From: Nitrospinaceae bacterium
GTDB lineage: Bacteria > Nitrospinota > Nitrospinia > Nitrospinales > Nitrospinaceae
Direction of reading: 5' to 3'
DNA: 64,000 nucleotides
Assembly (NCBI GenBank): GCA_965237905.1
Contig: OZ250172.1
Span: 960,001-1,024,000 of the forward strand
Under the pieces are notes generated by a model, which had not been told where the DNA came from, did no database searches, and worked only from the letters and a program-made list of their open reading frames with translations. The translations under genes were made by a program, and so were the position numbers. This document shows positions 42,966 to 51,869 of this stretch, piece by piece (position 1 is the stretch's first letter; each line of letters opens with the position of its first letter).

Positions 42966-43325
42966 TTATTTGGTGTCGCCTTCCAGCTTCAAGGCTCCAA
43001 AACGGTTTTCATATTCCTTGATAATTCGGGATAACAACACCAGCAAACGTTTCGCTGCATAAGGATTCAATACCATGCGATCCGACAGCTGGATGGACAA
43101 TTGTTTATCTTCCGAAATATTCCACGACTGGTTGGTGCCAAAGAAAATGGAAACCTCTTCCCGGGTGCTCGACGCATTCACCACGTTAGCGTAAGTGGTC
43201 TGCATCTTCGAATCATCCCAGTTGAGTGTCAGGGACTTCAGAAGATCATTGGTTGCGTTATCTGCTTTTGTGGATTGCGTTTCAGTTTTTTGTGCTTCTG
43301 CGACTGGAGTCTTTTGCTCTGCCAT
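42966..43325 (-). CDS. DUF3467 family protein
   Basis: TYANVVNASSTREEVSIFFG...LNPYAAKRL...EYENRFG pattern; AGGAGG RBS. Confidence 0.8.
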   Translation of the reverse strand: MAEQKTPVAEAQKTETQSTKADNATNDLLKSLTLNWDDSKMQTTYANVVNASSTREEVSIFFGTNQSWNISEDKQLSIQLSDRMVLNPYAAKRLLVLLSRIIKEYENRFGALKLEGDTK

Positions 43326-43455
43326 TGGATACCCTCCTAAACTGCAAATTAATAATCACTCGATTACCCCAATACAAGCTCAATGCGGGTTTGTAGGAAT
43401 AGTCAGAATTTTTCAATTTCAATCCTGAAGACCTTGTTTTCAAAAACCCCGGATT

Positions 43456-43519
43456 ACAGCCCAAGATGAATCGGCCGGGAAAGTATCCCAAAACCGTTGG
43501 CTTTAATTCACCGGACTAC
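43456..43519 (-). ncRNA. Candidate structured cis-regulatory RNA in the DUF3467 leader
   Basis: Nested pairings GUAGUCC/GGGCUGU and GGUGAAUU/GAUUCAUC enclose hairpins AAGCC-AAC-GGUUU and GGGA-UACUU-UCCC. Confidence 0.35.
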
Positions 43520-43551
43520 TCTCTCAATAATATTGGATTAATTTAAGGATC

Positions 43552-43581
43552 AAGCTAGCAAATAACCGTCCATAGTGTCAA
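43552..43581 (-). promoter_or_regulatory. Sigma70-type promoter candidate for DUF3467
   Basis: TTGACA-N18-TAGCTT with an extended -10 TG. Confidence 0.45.
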
Positions 43582-43695
43582 TTAATTTAGCCAAAAATAA
43601 ATTTTTTAAAAAATTACCCTAATTAAGGAGGTTAGTTGGAATATTCATCAGGGTGATGGCTGTTGAGAATCCTCACTTCCCCGTACCGCTTCATT

Positions 43696-44535
43696 TTATA
43701 CCTGGGTTTCATTCCCTGATTTCTCGCCGACTTCATAGTAAACGCTAAGAAAGTCCTTGCCTTCCCTGTTAATACCGCCGGCCAGGTGCCCGAATATTTC
43801 AGTGTTTACCCGGGAATAAAGACGACTGAATTCCTGAATAGGACTCGAGTAGTGCCGGCCCAGTTCAGACAACATCGGAGAAAGATCGCGTATTCTGAGG
43901 TTCGCGCTGTAGAAGTTAATATCGAACGATTTTCTCGGGCTATTTTCTTCGCCGGCCTCAAGATACCGAAATGAGGTGGGATCGGCTCGGCTGGCGGCAA
44001 GATGAATGATTTTCCTGGCTATCTCAATAGATGTCTTGTCCTCATGAGAATGATAGAGATCAGACAATCTTTCCAGAATGCGCTCGGCAGTAAGCTGAGG
44101 ATAATAGTCATATTTAGTAATCGCTGCCTTTGTATTGTCCAGGGCGTCCCACTTGAGTCCCAAACCTAGAATCCCTGGAACAGTTTTATCCGTCCTTTGG
44201 CGCATATCTTCGAGAAACTTGTCCCAGAACTCAAAGTAAATTTTGAAGATACAGTTTTCACGATTTTCTTCGAAGCCCAACATGATAAGATTTGCTTCGG
44301 CCAGATTATCCTGAAATTCGCGCAGAAAATTCCCCGGCATGTTCATTTCTCTGCAGATGACCTCAAGCTTTTCCTGGTCCAAGTCGGCTGTGCTGATACC
44401 CAGAATGTAACGGTTAGGTAATAATTGTTGATCCAACAGCTTAAAGGATTTTTCATAGCCGCATTTCAGATTGAATTTTTCAACCAGCTTAAAGGGCACA
44501 ATGTATTTGTCGAAAACCGTTTTCTCGTCAATCAT
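43696..44535 (-). CDS. Hypothetical cytoplasmic protein, 279 aa (weak resemblance to ABBA/LynF-type prenyltransferase barrels)
   Basis: Clean ORF; EKSFKL...NRYILG, FKIYFEF, LKWD and C-terminal SVYY segments. Family assignment is tentative. Confidence 0.6.
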   Translation of the reverse strand: MIDEKTVFDKYIVPFKLVEKFNLKCGYEKSFKLLDQQLLPNRYILGISTADLDQEKLEVICREMNMPGNFLREFQDNLAEANLIMLGFEENRENCIFKIYFEFWDKFLEDMRQRTDKTVPGILGLGLKWDALDNTKAAITKYDYYPQLTAERILERLSDLYHSHEDKTSIEIARKIIHLAASRADPTSFRYLEAGEENSPRKSFDINFYSANLRIRDLSPMLSELGRHYSSPIQEFSRLYSRVNTEIFGHLAGGINREGKDFLSVYYEVGEKSGNETQV

Positions 44536-44737
44536 GGGTAGCTAGACCGATCGTGATGCTCCGGGAAGTTTTGTTCGAAACCTGCGAAGCCATAGTTATA
44601 CCACTTATTTTAAGTTCGGGATTCTACTTTCCTGGCAAAATAACCCAACGATTTCAACATCCCAAGCAATCCGTTTGAGCCAGGAAACAAAACCTGTTGT
44701 ATTTATTGATGAACCGTAAACGATAGGAGAAAACGTA

Positions 44738-45616
44738 ATGGATATCCTTTTTGATCAAATTAAATTCGCATGGAATCTACTCAGCACCCCGTTGTTTGAA
44801 TTGGGCAACAGCCAGATCTCTCTGGCTTCTCTTTTTGTTGTTTTATTGATTCTCAGTGGTTTTTTTATAATTTCAAGAATCATTGAACGAGGAGTGCAAA
44901 ATGCACTTAAAAATAAGGCCATCGACCCGGGAATCAAAGGATCGATTGGACGATTTTTAAGGTATTTGACGGTAACTGTAGGCGCATTCATTGCCCTGGA
45001 CACCATTGGAATAAGCCTTGCCTCCATAGCTGCTTTGGGTGCAATCCTGATGGTGGGCGTCGGTTTTGGATTGCAGAATCTAGCGCAAAACTTCATCTCG
45101 GGAATAATCATCCTTCTTGAACGGCCGATCAAACAAGGCGACATTGTTTTTGTGGGCGGGGTCTCAGGAAGAGTTCGCGATATTCGGGTTCGGTCAACGG
45201 TCATCGAAACAAGAGATGACGTGGCTATCATCATTCCCAACTCCCAATTCATCGCCGAGCAGGTCATAAACGATAGCTTTTCGGGGCACAATATTCGGAG
45301 AACTCTTAAAGTGGGTGTGGCTTACGGCTCCGATATTGAAAAGACAACGGGAATATTAATGAAAATTGCCAATGAACATGAACAGATTCTTAAAACCCCC
45401 GGCGCCAAGGTCTTGTTTATGGATTTCGGAAGTTCCTCGCTGGATTTTGAGTTGCGGTTTTGGGTAGCAGAACTTTGGACAACAGACATTATTCTTTCCG
45501 ATTTAAGATATGCCATCGATCGCGAGTTCAGAAATGAGGATATAAACATTCCCTTCCCGCAACGGGATCTTCATATCAAGACCTGCGAACCCCAATTCAG
45601 CCTCGCCCAGGAGTAG
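44738..45616 (+). CDS. mscS: Small-conductance mechanosensitive channel (MscS family)
   Basis: GVGFGLQNLAQNFISGIIILLERPIKQGD, IIIPNS, VGVAYGSD and IPFPQRDLH motifs; N-terminal TM helices. Confidence 0.92.
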   Translation: MDILFDQIKFAWNLLSTPLFELGNSQISLASLFVVLLILSGFFIISRIIERGVQNALKNKAIDPGIKGSIGRFLRYLTVTVGAFIALDTIGISLASIAALGAILMVGVGFGLQNLAQNFISGIIILLERPIKQGDIVFVGGVSGRVRDIRVRSTVIETRDDVAIIIPNSQFIAEQVINDSFSGHNIRRTLKVGVAYGSDIEKTTGILMKIANEHEQILKTPGAKVLFMDFGSSSLDFELRFWVAELWTTDIILSDLRYAIDREFRNEDINIPFPQRDLHIKTCEPQFSLAQE

Positions 45617-45678
45617 CCAGACTCATGATCAAAAGTTAACGGAGGAGGAAACAACAGAAGAAACTTTCATGTCCAATT

Positions 45679-48600
45679 TTATACTTCACTGCCTTTAGGC
45701 GCGACGATTTTAGATTTGCTTCTCCAAGTTTCACTCTTACTGAAACAGGACCAGCCCCATCGCAGCCATTTCAACAAAGCAAAAGCCATCCAAAGAGCCC
45801 ATAGCAATATAGCCACCCGGTAGAACACAAGCGACACGGAAATAAACCCCGCGGTCGGCAAGGGCCCCGCTATCCGGTCCTGATTCCAATTCAGAAGATT
45901 TGCGGTCGACCCGTTGCCCACAATGTGCATGTCGGGGGACCCCAATAATCCTGCAGGAATGATAGAGAACAGACTGATGACGGCGGCAAGAGTGAGAGCG
46001 GTTAAAACGGTCTGGATCAAATTAAACTGCCATCGTCCGTAGCTTTTAGTATCCAATTTTTCTCTATTATTCAGGGCCAACAGCCACAAGACGACGATCA
46101 AGAAACCGACGACGGTGATCGTGCTCATCGCAAGCCCCAGGAGCACCCAATGAGAGGTTTTCAGCGGCGTCAGAGAAGTACGGCCCAAGGCGACCGCCAA
46201 GAGGAGGACGACAATCAATTCCCCCCAGAATAAAACCCCGGGCCCCAGGCTTGGACCGTGGACAAACCATATCCACCGGTCGCGGGGAACCTTGATTTTT
46301 AAATCAATATTTGAGGCTTCATGTCCCAAATCAATGTCCGGGGTCTGGAATCGAAAGGCCATGCCCACCGGGGTTTTAAATTTCAGTTGATATTCCTGAC
46401 TGCCGGGATGGATGGGTAGAGAAACCTGGTTTCCTTCCATACGGATAGGTTGTGTTTTTCCATTCAATAATACCGTCTCCAACTCCGTATCGTTTGGAAG
46501 AACAAGACGGTGCTGTCCACCCTGGCTGCTGCGCAATTTAAGTCTAAGTTCGGATTGGGTGACTCTGGCTCCCGGGGTTTGAGTCAATTCAACCCCATCG
46601 AAAGCCAAAGTACTTCCAGGCACCGCTTCAGGACGGGTGAAGTTTAATGTCAACGTTTCTCCCGGCCACGGGCGAAACTGCGGTTTCAATCGGTCTTGAT
46701 TCTGCTGAATGATGGATGGAAGGCCTGCAAAATCGACATGAAAAATTGGACTGGCGTCCACGATCCAGTGCTCTACCCAATGATTGCTGTTGGGCGCCTG
46801 CAAAGTCAACAGATCGGTTGGGTCCAAAGAAGAAACCCACCGAATTTCTTTTTGCCCCGATCCCAATGACAAAATCACATTACTGCCATTGAATTTAACT
46901 CGCTCGGAAAGAACCGATTCTCCCGGGATCAATGGGATCTCCAAATTAATGGGACCAGAATAAGGTGCGATTCGGGTCACTCGGGTTTGAACGCGCCAAT
47001 CCAGCCCCAACGCCAACGTTCGCTCAACTAAAGCGAAGGCGGGTGGAGCATCGGAACGCAAATCCTCTTTTTGGGTTTTACTGCGAACCCGGGTCAATTG
47101 CAGGCTATCGCTGAGAAGCTGTTTTTCTCTCAAGCCTCCGGCTTCCCATCCCTGCAATCGGGTCGTCACATGGCGGGGTTTTCCTGGAAAAAAGATTTGC
47201 ACTTGATCCTTTTCAGGCAACGGACCGGACAAAATAATTTGATGAATCCCAGGCCGCAAATGCACCCAGATGCCTGATTTTTCCGTTTTCCGCAACAATT
47301 CTTTTGCCGGCTTGCCATCGATCAGGACGCGAGTGGGCAACCACTGCTCCCTTGTCCCAGGCAAAGGAACCGCTAAGTTTTCTTCACTGTGAATTTCCAG
47401 CCGGAGGGTCAATACAGCCTTTTGGACACTGACAGCCACCCGCTGAACATCGAAACAGTCATTGCCGCATTCGGGCGGAGCCAGGAGCCGTTGCTCCAAT
47501 TGGTTTAACATCTCCGGGCTGGGGAAATCCGCCAAGGCGTCCTGGGTCGGCGCCATCCCACTTATGAGAAGAAACCAAAAAATCACCGGGGAGGCACGCG
47601 TCAGGGTCGGCAAAGAAAATCCCTTTCCAGGACGGAAACTAAAATTCAATATTCCAAACGTCAGAAAAAGGAGCAGAGCAATTCTGAGAAATCCGAGAAA
47701 GGAATTGAGCGTTGGCGGAATCAGGATGAGGCTGACTGTTTCATCCTGGCTGACCGGACCTCCCCAAGTGAGGTTGACCCGATTCCATCTCCATACCGGC
47801 AACCCCGGACCCGTTTGTACTTTTGCATCAGGATCAAAACGCCTGAACTTTTGCCGCTTTCCAGAACTATATTGGTCGAAATATGAGCCAGAAAAAGAAT
47901 CAAGGCCTGGCTCCGCCGGTGATTCGAATTGCAACGCGCCTTCCATTTCCATTTTTCTCATGGCCTTTGGTGGAGCGGCCCTCGATTTATACTGAACCAT
48001 CGGGTTGGAAAATGTTTGCCGGTGTTCGTGTTCTAGCTGAGGATGTATACTCTGCCGGGCTTGGTCGATCATAAAGGGAATGGAGATGATCAACAGCGCC
48101 GCAATACTAAAATTTCGATACCAGGAAACAACCGATCGGAATTTACCGTCTGGGATAACTTTCAGCAACGCCAGGCTGGCAAGGATGCTCAGCCAGACGT
48201 ATACCGGTGCATTGACCTCGTGATAAATGATCCCGATGGTGAAGAAAGCGAGAAGCCCCCACACGTTTCCCATTAAGTTTCTGACGGCCGCCATAATCAT
48301 CAGCAGAATAAAAAAGTCAAACAAAGACCATTGGCTGATCCAGGAAGAATAAGCGCGGTCCATTCCTGTCCCCGCCAAGAGATCATATCCCGGCGGCAGG
48401 TGAACGGTGGTTTTTAGAGAATGGAACCCGTGGTTCCAGCCAACAGAGTTGAACTTATGATCTTGACGCTCGATCCGGCTCACAGCGGCGATGTTTACTT
48501 TACCTTGACGGATTTCCACTCCAGGTGTTTTCCCGTCCCGGCCGTAAGTGATGAGCTGATCTTTATTGTTTATGGTCACCCGTCCCAACAACGTTTCCGG

Positions 48601-49815
48601 ATTGGCATCCAGTCGCCAGCCTTCATTCATCGTTCCGGTGATATGATCTTTTACGGTATAACCCTTGCCATCGAAATCCAGCCATATCTCACGCTGGATA
48701 TTTAAAACGTCTGCGGCGGGTTCGGAGTTTCCTCTTCGTTTTTCGCTTAAGGCGAGGGTGTCCCCCGGCCGAATCCGATACGCAGGCAATGTCCTCCATT
48801 CCTCAGGAACATCACTTTGCGTGGGGTCGACAGCCGGGACACCCGACGATTCGGTGAGTCTCAAATTCGTGTTTGCTTGAAAGCTCCATACCTCCTCAGC
48901 GGCCCAGGGACCTCCATCCGGATTCCATTTGATTTCTGACAATGGCCCCGCGTGCCGGCTCAACAAATTGATCACCCAATGTCCGGGTTTCACCTGCAGC
49001 CTCAACCGACCGTCGGCTTCGAGTCGCCCTGGGATGGGACTGCTCAAATTCATCGGAATGGTACCCTCCAGCAAAACCCGCCCCAGCAAGGTTTCGCGAC
49101 CAGGTCCCGATACATCCAGGAGAATTCGTGTTTCAATGGTCGCCGGAATTTCGTCACGGATCTTCCTGTACACTTTAATCTGAAGACTTTCTTTGGCAGG
49201 CTGATCTCCTTCAACCTGTTTCAACCCCAGCCCGATTTTGTTTTTATTAAATCGAGGAAAGAGGATGGATCTCCCATTTAAGGAAAGACGGACCAATCCT
49301 GTGCCCGATGGAGTCGTCAGCCATTTCGGCAGGGCGTTCCATTGAAATTTTCCCTTGACCGAGTATTTTCCCTTTTTCAAAAACAGTGCGGGCAATCCTC
49401 TCTGGGATAAAACGGGATGCAAACGATTATTCACTGTTACCCCGAGCGGCCAATATTGGGAATCACCTGGCAACGGAACGAACCCGTCATCATAAAGAGT
49501 CCAGTGTTGCTCAAACTTGGCCCCTCTTGTCGTCACATCCAGCTCAAGAGGAGAAGACCAGGCACAAATTCTACTGGGGGAAAGGTTTTTCTGGCCGGGA
49601 ATTGAGGCACGCATCTCACCTGCCAGGAAAGGACAGTCAGGATCCGGTTTCCCTTCAAGAACCCAATTTTTCCAAGGTTCCAATGGTTTCGGAACATAGG
49701 CGGGGTCGGAGGAATAAGCGGCTCCCGGAATAATTTGAAGCAGTCCCAATAGAACTAACAATAAAATATTTTTTAGAACGATTGGTCGATTATAAATGGT
49801 CATAGCTTTTTCCAA
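45679..49815 (-). CDS. Large membrane protein of unknown function (1378 aa; probable start ATG 49803)
   Basis: N-terminal signal-like segment; two large soluble regions, each followed by TM bundles. Confidence 0.85.
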   Translation of the reverse strand: MEKAMTIYNRPIVLKNILLLVLLGLLQIIPGAAYSSDPAYVPKPLEPWKNWVLEGKPDPDCPFLAGEMRASIPGQKNLSPSRICAWSSPLELDVTTRGAKFEQHWTLYDDGFVPLPGDSQYWPLGVTVNNRLHPVLSQRGLPALFLKKGKYSVKGKFQWNALPKWLTTPSGTGLVRLSLNGRSILFPRFNKNKIGLGLKQVEGDQPAKESLQIKVYRKIRDEIPATIETRILLDVSGPGRETLLGRVLLEGTIPMNLSSPIPGRLEADGRLRLQVKPGHWVINLLSRHAGPLSEIKWNPDGGPWAAEEVWSFQANTNLRLTESSGVPAVDPTQSDVPEEWRTLPAYRIRPGDTLALSEKRRGNSEPAADVLNIQREIWLDFDGKGYTVKDHITGTMNEGWRLDANPETLLGRVTINNKDQLITYGRDGKTPGVEIRQGKVNIAAVSRIERQDHKFNSVGWNHGFHSLKTTVHLPPGYDLLAGTGMDRAYSSWISQWSLFDFFILLMIMAAVRNLMGNVWGLLAFFTIGIIYHEVNAPVYVWLSILASLALLKVIPDGKFRSVVSWYRNFSIAALLIISIPFMIDQARQSIHPQLEHEHRQTFSNPMVQYKSRAAPPKAMRKMEMEGALQFESPAEPGLDSFSGSYFDQYSSGKRQKFRRFDPDAKVQTGPGLPVWRWNRVNLTWGGPVSQDETVSLILIPPTLNSFLGFLRIALLLFLTFGILNFSFRPGKGFSLPTLTRASPVIFWFLLISGMAPTQDALADFPSPEMLNQLEQRLLAPPECGNDCFDVQRVAVSVQKAVLTLRLEIHSEENLAVPLPGTREQWLPTRVLIDGKPAKELLRKTEKSGIWVHLRPGIHQIILSGPLPEKDQVQIFFPGKPRHVTTRLQGWEAGGLREKQLLSDSLQLTRVRSKTQKEDLRSDAPPAFALVERTLALGLDWRVQTRVTRIAPYSGPINLEIPLIPGESVLSERVKFNGSNVILSLGSGQKEIRWVSSLDPTDLLTLQAPNSNHWVEHWIVDASPIFHVDFAGLPSIIQQNQDRLKPQFRPWPGETLTLNFTRPEAVPGSTLAFDGVELTQTPGARVTQSELRLKLRSSQGGQHRLVLPNDTELETVLLNGKTQPIRMEGNQVSLPIHPGSQEYQLKFKTPVGMAFRFQTPDIDLGHEASNIDLKIKVPRDRWIWFVHGPSLGPGVLFWGELIVVLLLAVALGRTSLTPLKTSHWVLLGLAMSTITVVGFLIVVLWLLALNNREKLDTKSYGRWQFNLIQTVLTALTLAAVISLFSIIPAGLLGSPDMHIVGNGSTANLLNWNQDRIAGPLPTAGFISVSLVFYRVAILLWALWMAFALLKWLRWGWSCFSKSETWRSKSKIVAPKGSEV

Positions 49816-49926
49816 TCCCTGATGAACCGCGAATCAAAGGCGTTTATAGGATAGGGCTATAGTGGGGCAAAATCACATAAAAATAAAAATGGCCCACACC
49901 ATAAAAGCGTAAGCCATTGTATAAAT

Positions 49927-49972
49927 TGGTGGGCCGTCACGGGATCGAACCGTGGACCTACTGATTAAGAGT
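49927..49972 (-). tRNA. 3' fragment of tRNA-Lys(CTT): att site, not an intact tRNA
   Basis: Minus strand ACTCTTAATCAGTAGGTCCACGGTTCGATCCCGTGACGGCCCACCA has the anticodon loop, T-arm and CCA. The 5' acceptor strand and D-arm are absent. Confidence 0.88.
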
Positions 49973-50003
49973 TAGCGGTTATTCATTTTTAAGCACTTTG
50001 AAT

Positions 50004-50121
50004 CCTGCCTATTATTTTTTAAAAATCCTTGAGTTTCATACTATATAAGAGTATTCTATATACAAGGAATCAGAACGCCTTCTAAAGAGTTCTAAATGCC
50101 CTGCCTATTACATGCCTATTA
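50004..50121 (+). repeat. Putative integrase arm-type and accessory sites
   Basis: TGCCTATTA at 50006, 50102 and 50113; TTCTAAA at 50080 and 50090. Confidence 0.55.
50029..50057 (+). promoter_or_regulatory. Sigma70-type promoter candidate for the integrase
   Basis: TTGAGT-N17-TATTCT. Confidence 0.4.
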
Positions 50122-50142
50122 ATTTTGAAAGTTAGCGATTTC

Positions 50143-51351
50143 ATGGAAAATATCAAAATCACCAAAACTACGGTAGACAAGCTCCCCTACCCCGCCACAG
50201 GGCAGGTTTTTTACAGGGATAAGAACTTACAGGGCTTTGGTCTCTATGCGGGGGCAAAATCTAAAACTTACTATGCAGAGAAACGGGTCAACGGCAGAAC
50301 GGTACGCCAAAAACTGGGAAAGCACGGAGATATTACCGCCGAAACTGCCAGAAATCTCGCAAAAGTCGCCATTGGGGACATGGCTAAGGGTATCAACCCC
50401 AATGAAAGTAAACAGGCCCTGAAGGCCAAGAGCGTTACACTCAAAAAAGCTTATTCAGATTACAAGGCAGAGAAGAAAAACCTCAAACCTAAGACTTTGT
50501 ACGATTATGACCGGATTATGGAGGTGGTGTTCAAGGACTGGCATAGCAAGCACCTCACCCAAATCTCTAAGGAGATGGTAGCCAAAAAATATAAAAAATT
50601 GGGTGAGGAAAATGGTAAGGCTTATGCCAATCTGTCAATGCGTTTGTTAAGAGCCATCTTTAATTTCGCAAAATGGCAATATGATGATGGTAAAGGTGCC
50701 CCCTTTATCAGTGAAAACCCTGTCAATCGTATTTCCCAAGCAGGGGGATGGTATAAAATTAAACGTAGGGAAACGGTGATTCAACCTGAAGAATTATCGG
50801 ATTGGTATCAGGCCGTTTTACAGCTTCCAAACGAAATTTTCAAAACTTATCTGATTTTTCTTCTATTCACAGGCATGAGGCGGGAGGAAGTTGGAAAATT
50901 AAAATGGGACCAAATCAACACCAAAGCCAGAACGGTTACCCTCCACGATACCAAAAATAATCAGACTCTAACCCTACCTCTCTCAGATTTCCTTTGGAAA
51001 CTCTTGTCAGGGCGCAAGAAAGCCGCTATTAATAAATTCGTATTTCCCGGTCCGGGGGCCAATGGCCATATAGTTGACCCGAGATCAGCTATTAAGTTAG
51101 TTTCAGAACAATCCGAAATTAAATTCAGCATTCATGATTTACGCAGAACATACATTTCGATAGCCTCTGGATTAATCACGGCATATGAATTGAAGATGCT
51201 GGTAAACCATAAAATGGATGCAGATATCACAGGTAGTTATATAGTTCCAAACTTAAATCAACTAAGGAAATGTACCAATAAAATAACTAATTATTTACTT
51301 GGTATTGTTGGGGAAACGAAGCCGGGGGAAATTATTCAGTTCCAAAAATAG
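50143..51351 (+). CDS. int: Tyrosine integrase with N-terminal arm-DNA-binding domain
   Basis: N-terminal YRDKNLQGFGL...KLGKHG; catalytic TGMRREE, HDLRR, H...ITGSY. ATG 50143 preferred over TTG 50125. Confidence 0.93.
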   Translation: MENIKITKTTVDKLPYPATGQVFYRDKNLQGFGLYAGAKSKTYYAEKRVNGRTVRQKLGKHGDITAETARNLAKVAIGDMAKGINPNESKQALKAKSVTLKKAYSDYKAEKKNLKPKTLYDYDRIMEVVFKDWHSKHLTQISKEMVAKKYKKLGEENGKAYANLSMRLLRAIFNFAKWQYDDGKGAPFISENPVNRISQAGGWYKIKRRETVIQPEELSDWYQAVLQLPNEIFKTYLIFLLFTGMRREEVGKLKWDQINTKARTVTLHDTKNNQTLTLPLSDFLWKLLSGRKKAAINKFVFPGPGANGHIVDPRSAIKLVSEQSEIKFSIHDLRRTYISIASGLITAYELKMLVNHKMDADITGSYIVPNLNQLRKCTNKITNYLLGIVGETKPGEIIQFQK

Positions 51352-51440
51352 TATTTAGAATAATTTCAAAGGTTTTAGAATACCTATAATCACAAAATCT
51401 ATTTTTTTGAATATTTTTATGATATTTTTTACTAGTTGCT

Positions 51441-51469
51441 TTGAATTTTATAGTCACATCTGATATTAT
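51441..51469 (+). promoter_or_regulatory. Sigma70-type promoter candidate for the xis-rep unit
   Basis: TTGAAT-N17-TATTAT. Confidence 0.5.
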
Positions 51470-51623
51470 GACTCTCTAGTATTAAATTGAAGTATTAGCA
51501 CACCCAAGGCTCCGCCCACCGGAGCGACTTTAATCGCATGGATGCATTGTGGCTTCTCCAGCCACTCATTGGCCGGACTTCTCTACTTTAGTCCGGTAAA
51601 AACTTTTTCTATGCGAGTAAAAA

Positions 51624-51869
51624 ATGAATACCAATGGTAATACGGATTATTGCAACCCCACAGAAATACCCAAACTTTTGAATCAACAGCAGGTCGCAGA
51701 AATGCTGGGCCTGTCAGTCAAGTGGTGTGAACGCAAACGCTGGAGTGGAGGGGGACCGCCATATCGAAAGATAGGTGGCTCAGTACGCTATGAGCTTTCT
51801 GATGTTTTGGAATATATCAATTCTCACCAAAAACAATGCAATACGAATGATGGAGGTGAGAAATGCTAG
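51624..51869 (+). CDS. Excisionase/AlpA-like helix-turn-helix protein
   Basis: LLNQQQVAEMLGLS...GGGPPYRKIGGSVRY pattern. Confidence 0.85.
   Translation: MNTNGNTDYCNPTEIPKLLNQQQVAEMLGLSVKWCERKRWSGGGPPYRKIGGSVRYELSDVLEYINSHQKQCNTNDGGEKC

Noticed and set aside
49927..50000. Intact tRNA-Lys gene
   Set aside because: No 5' acceptor strand or D-arm, and the anticodon stem is mismatched; only the 3' fragment is present.
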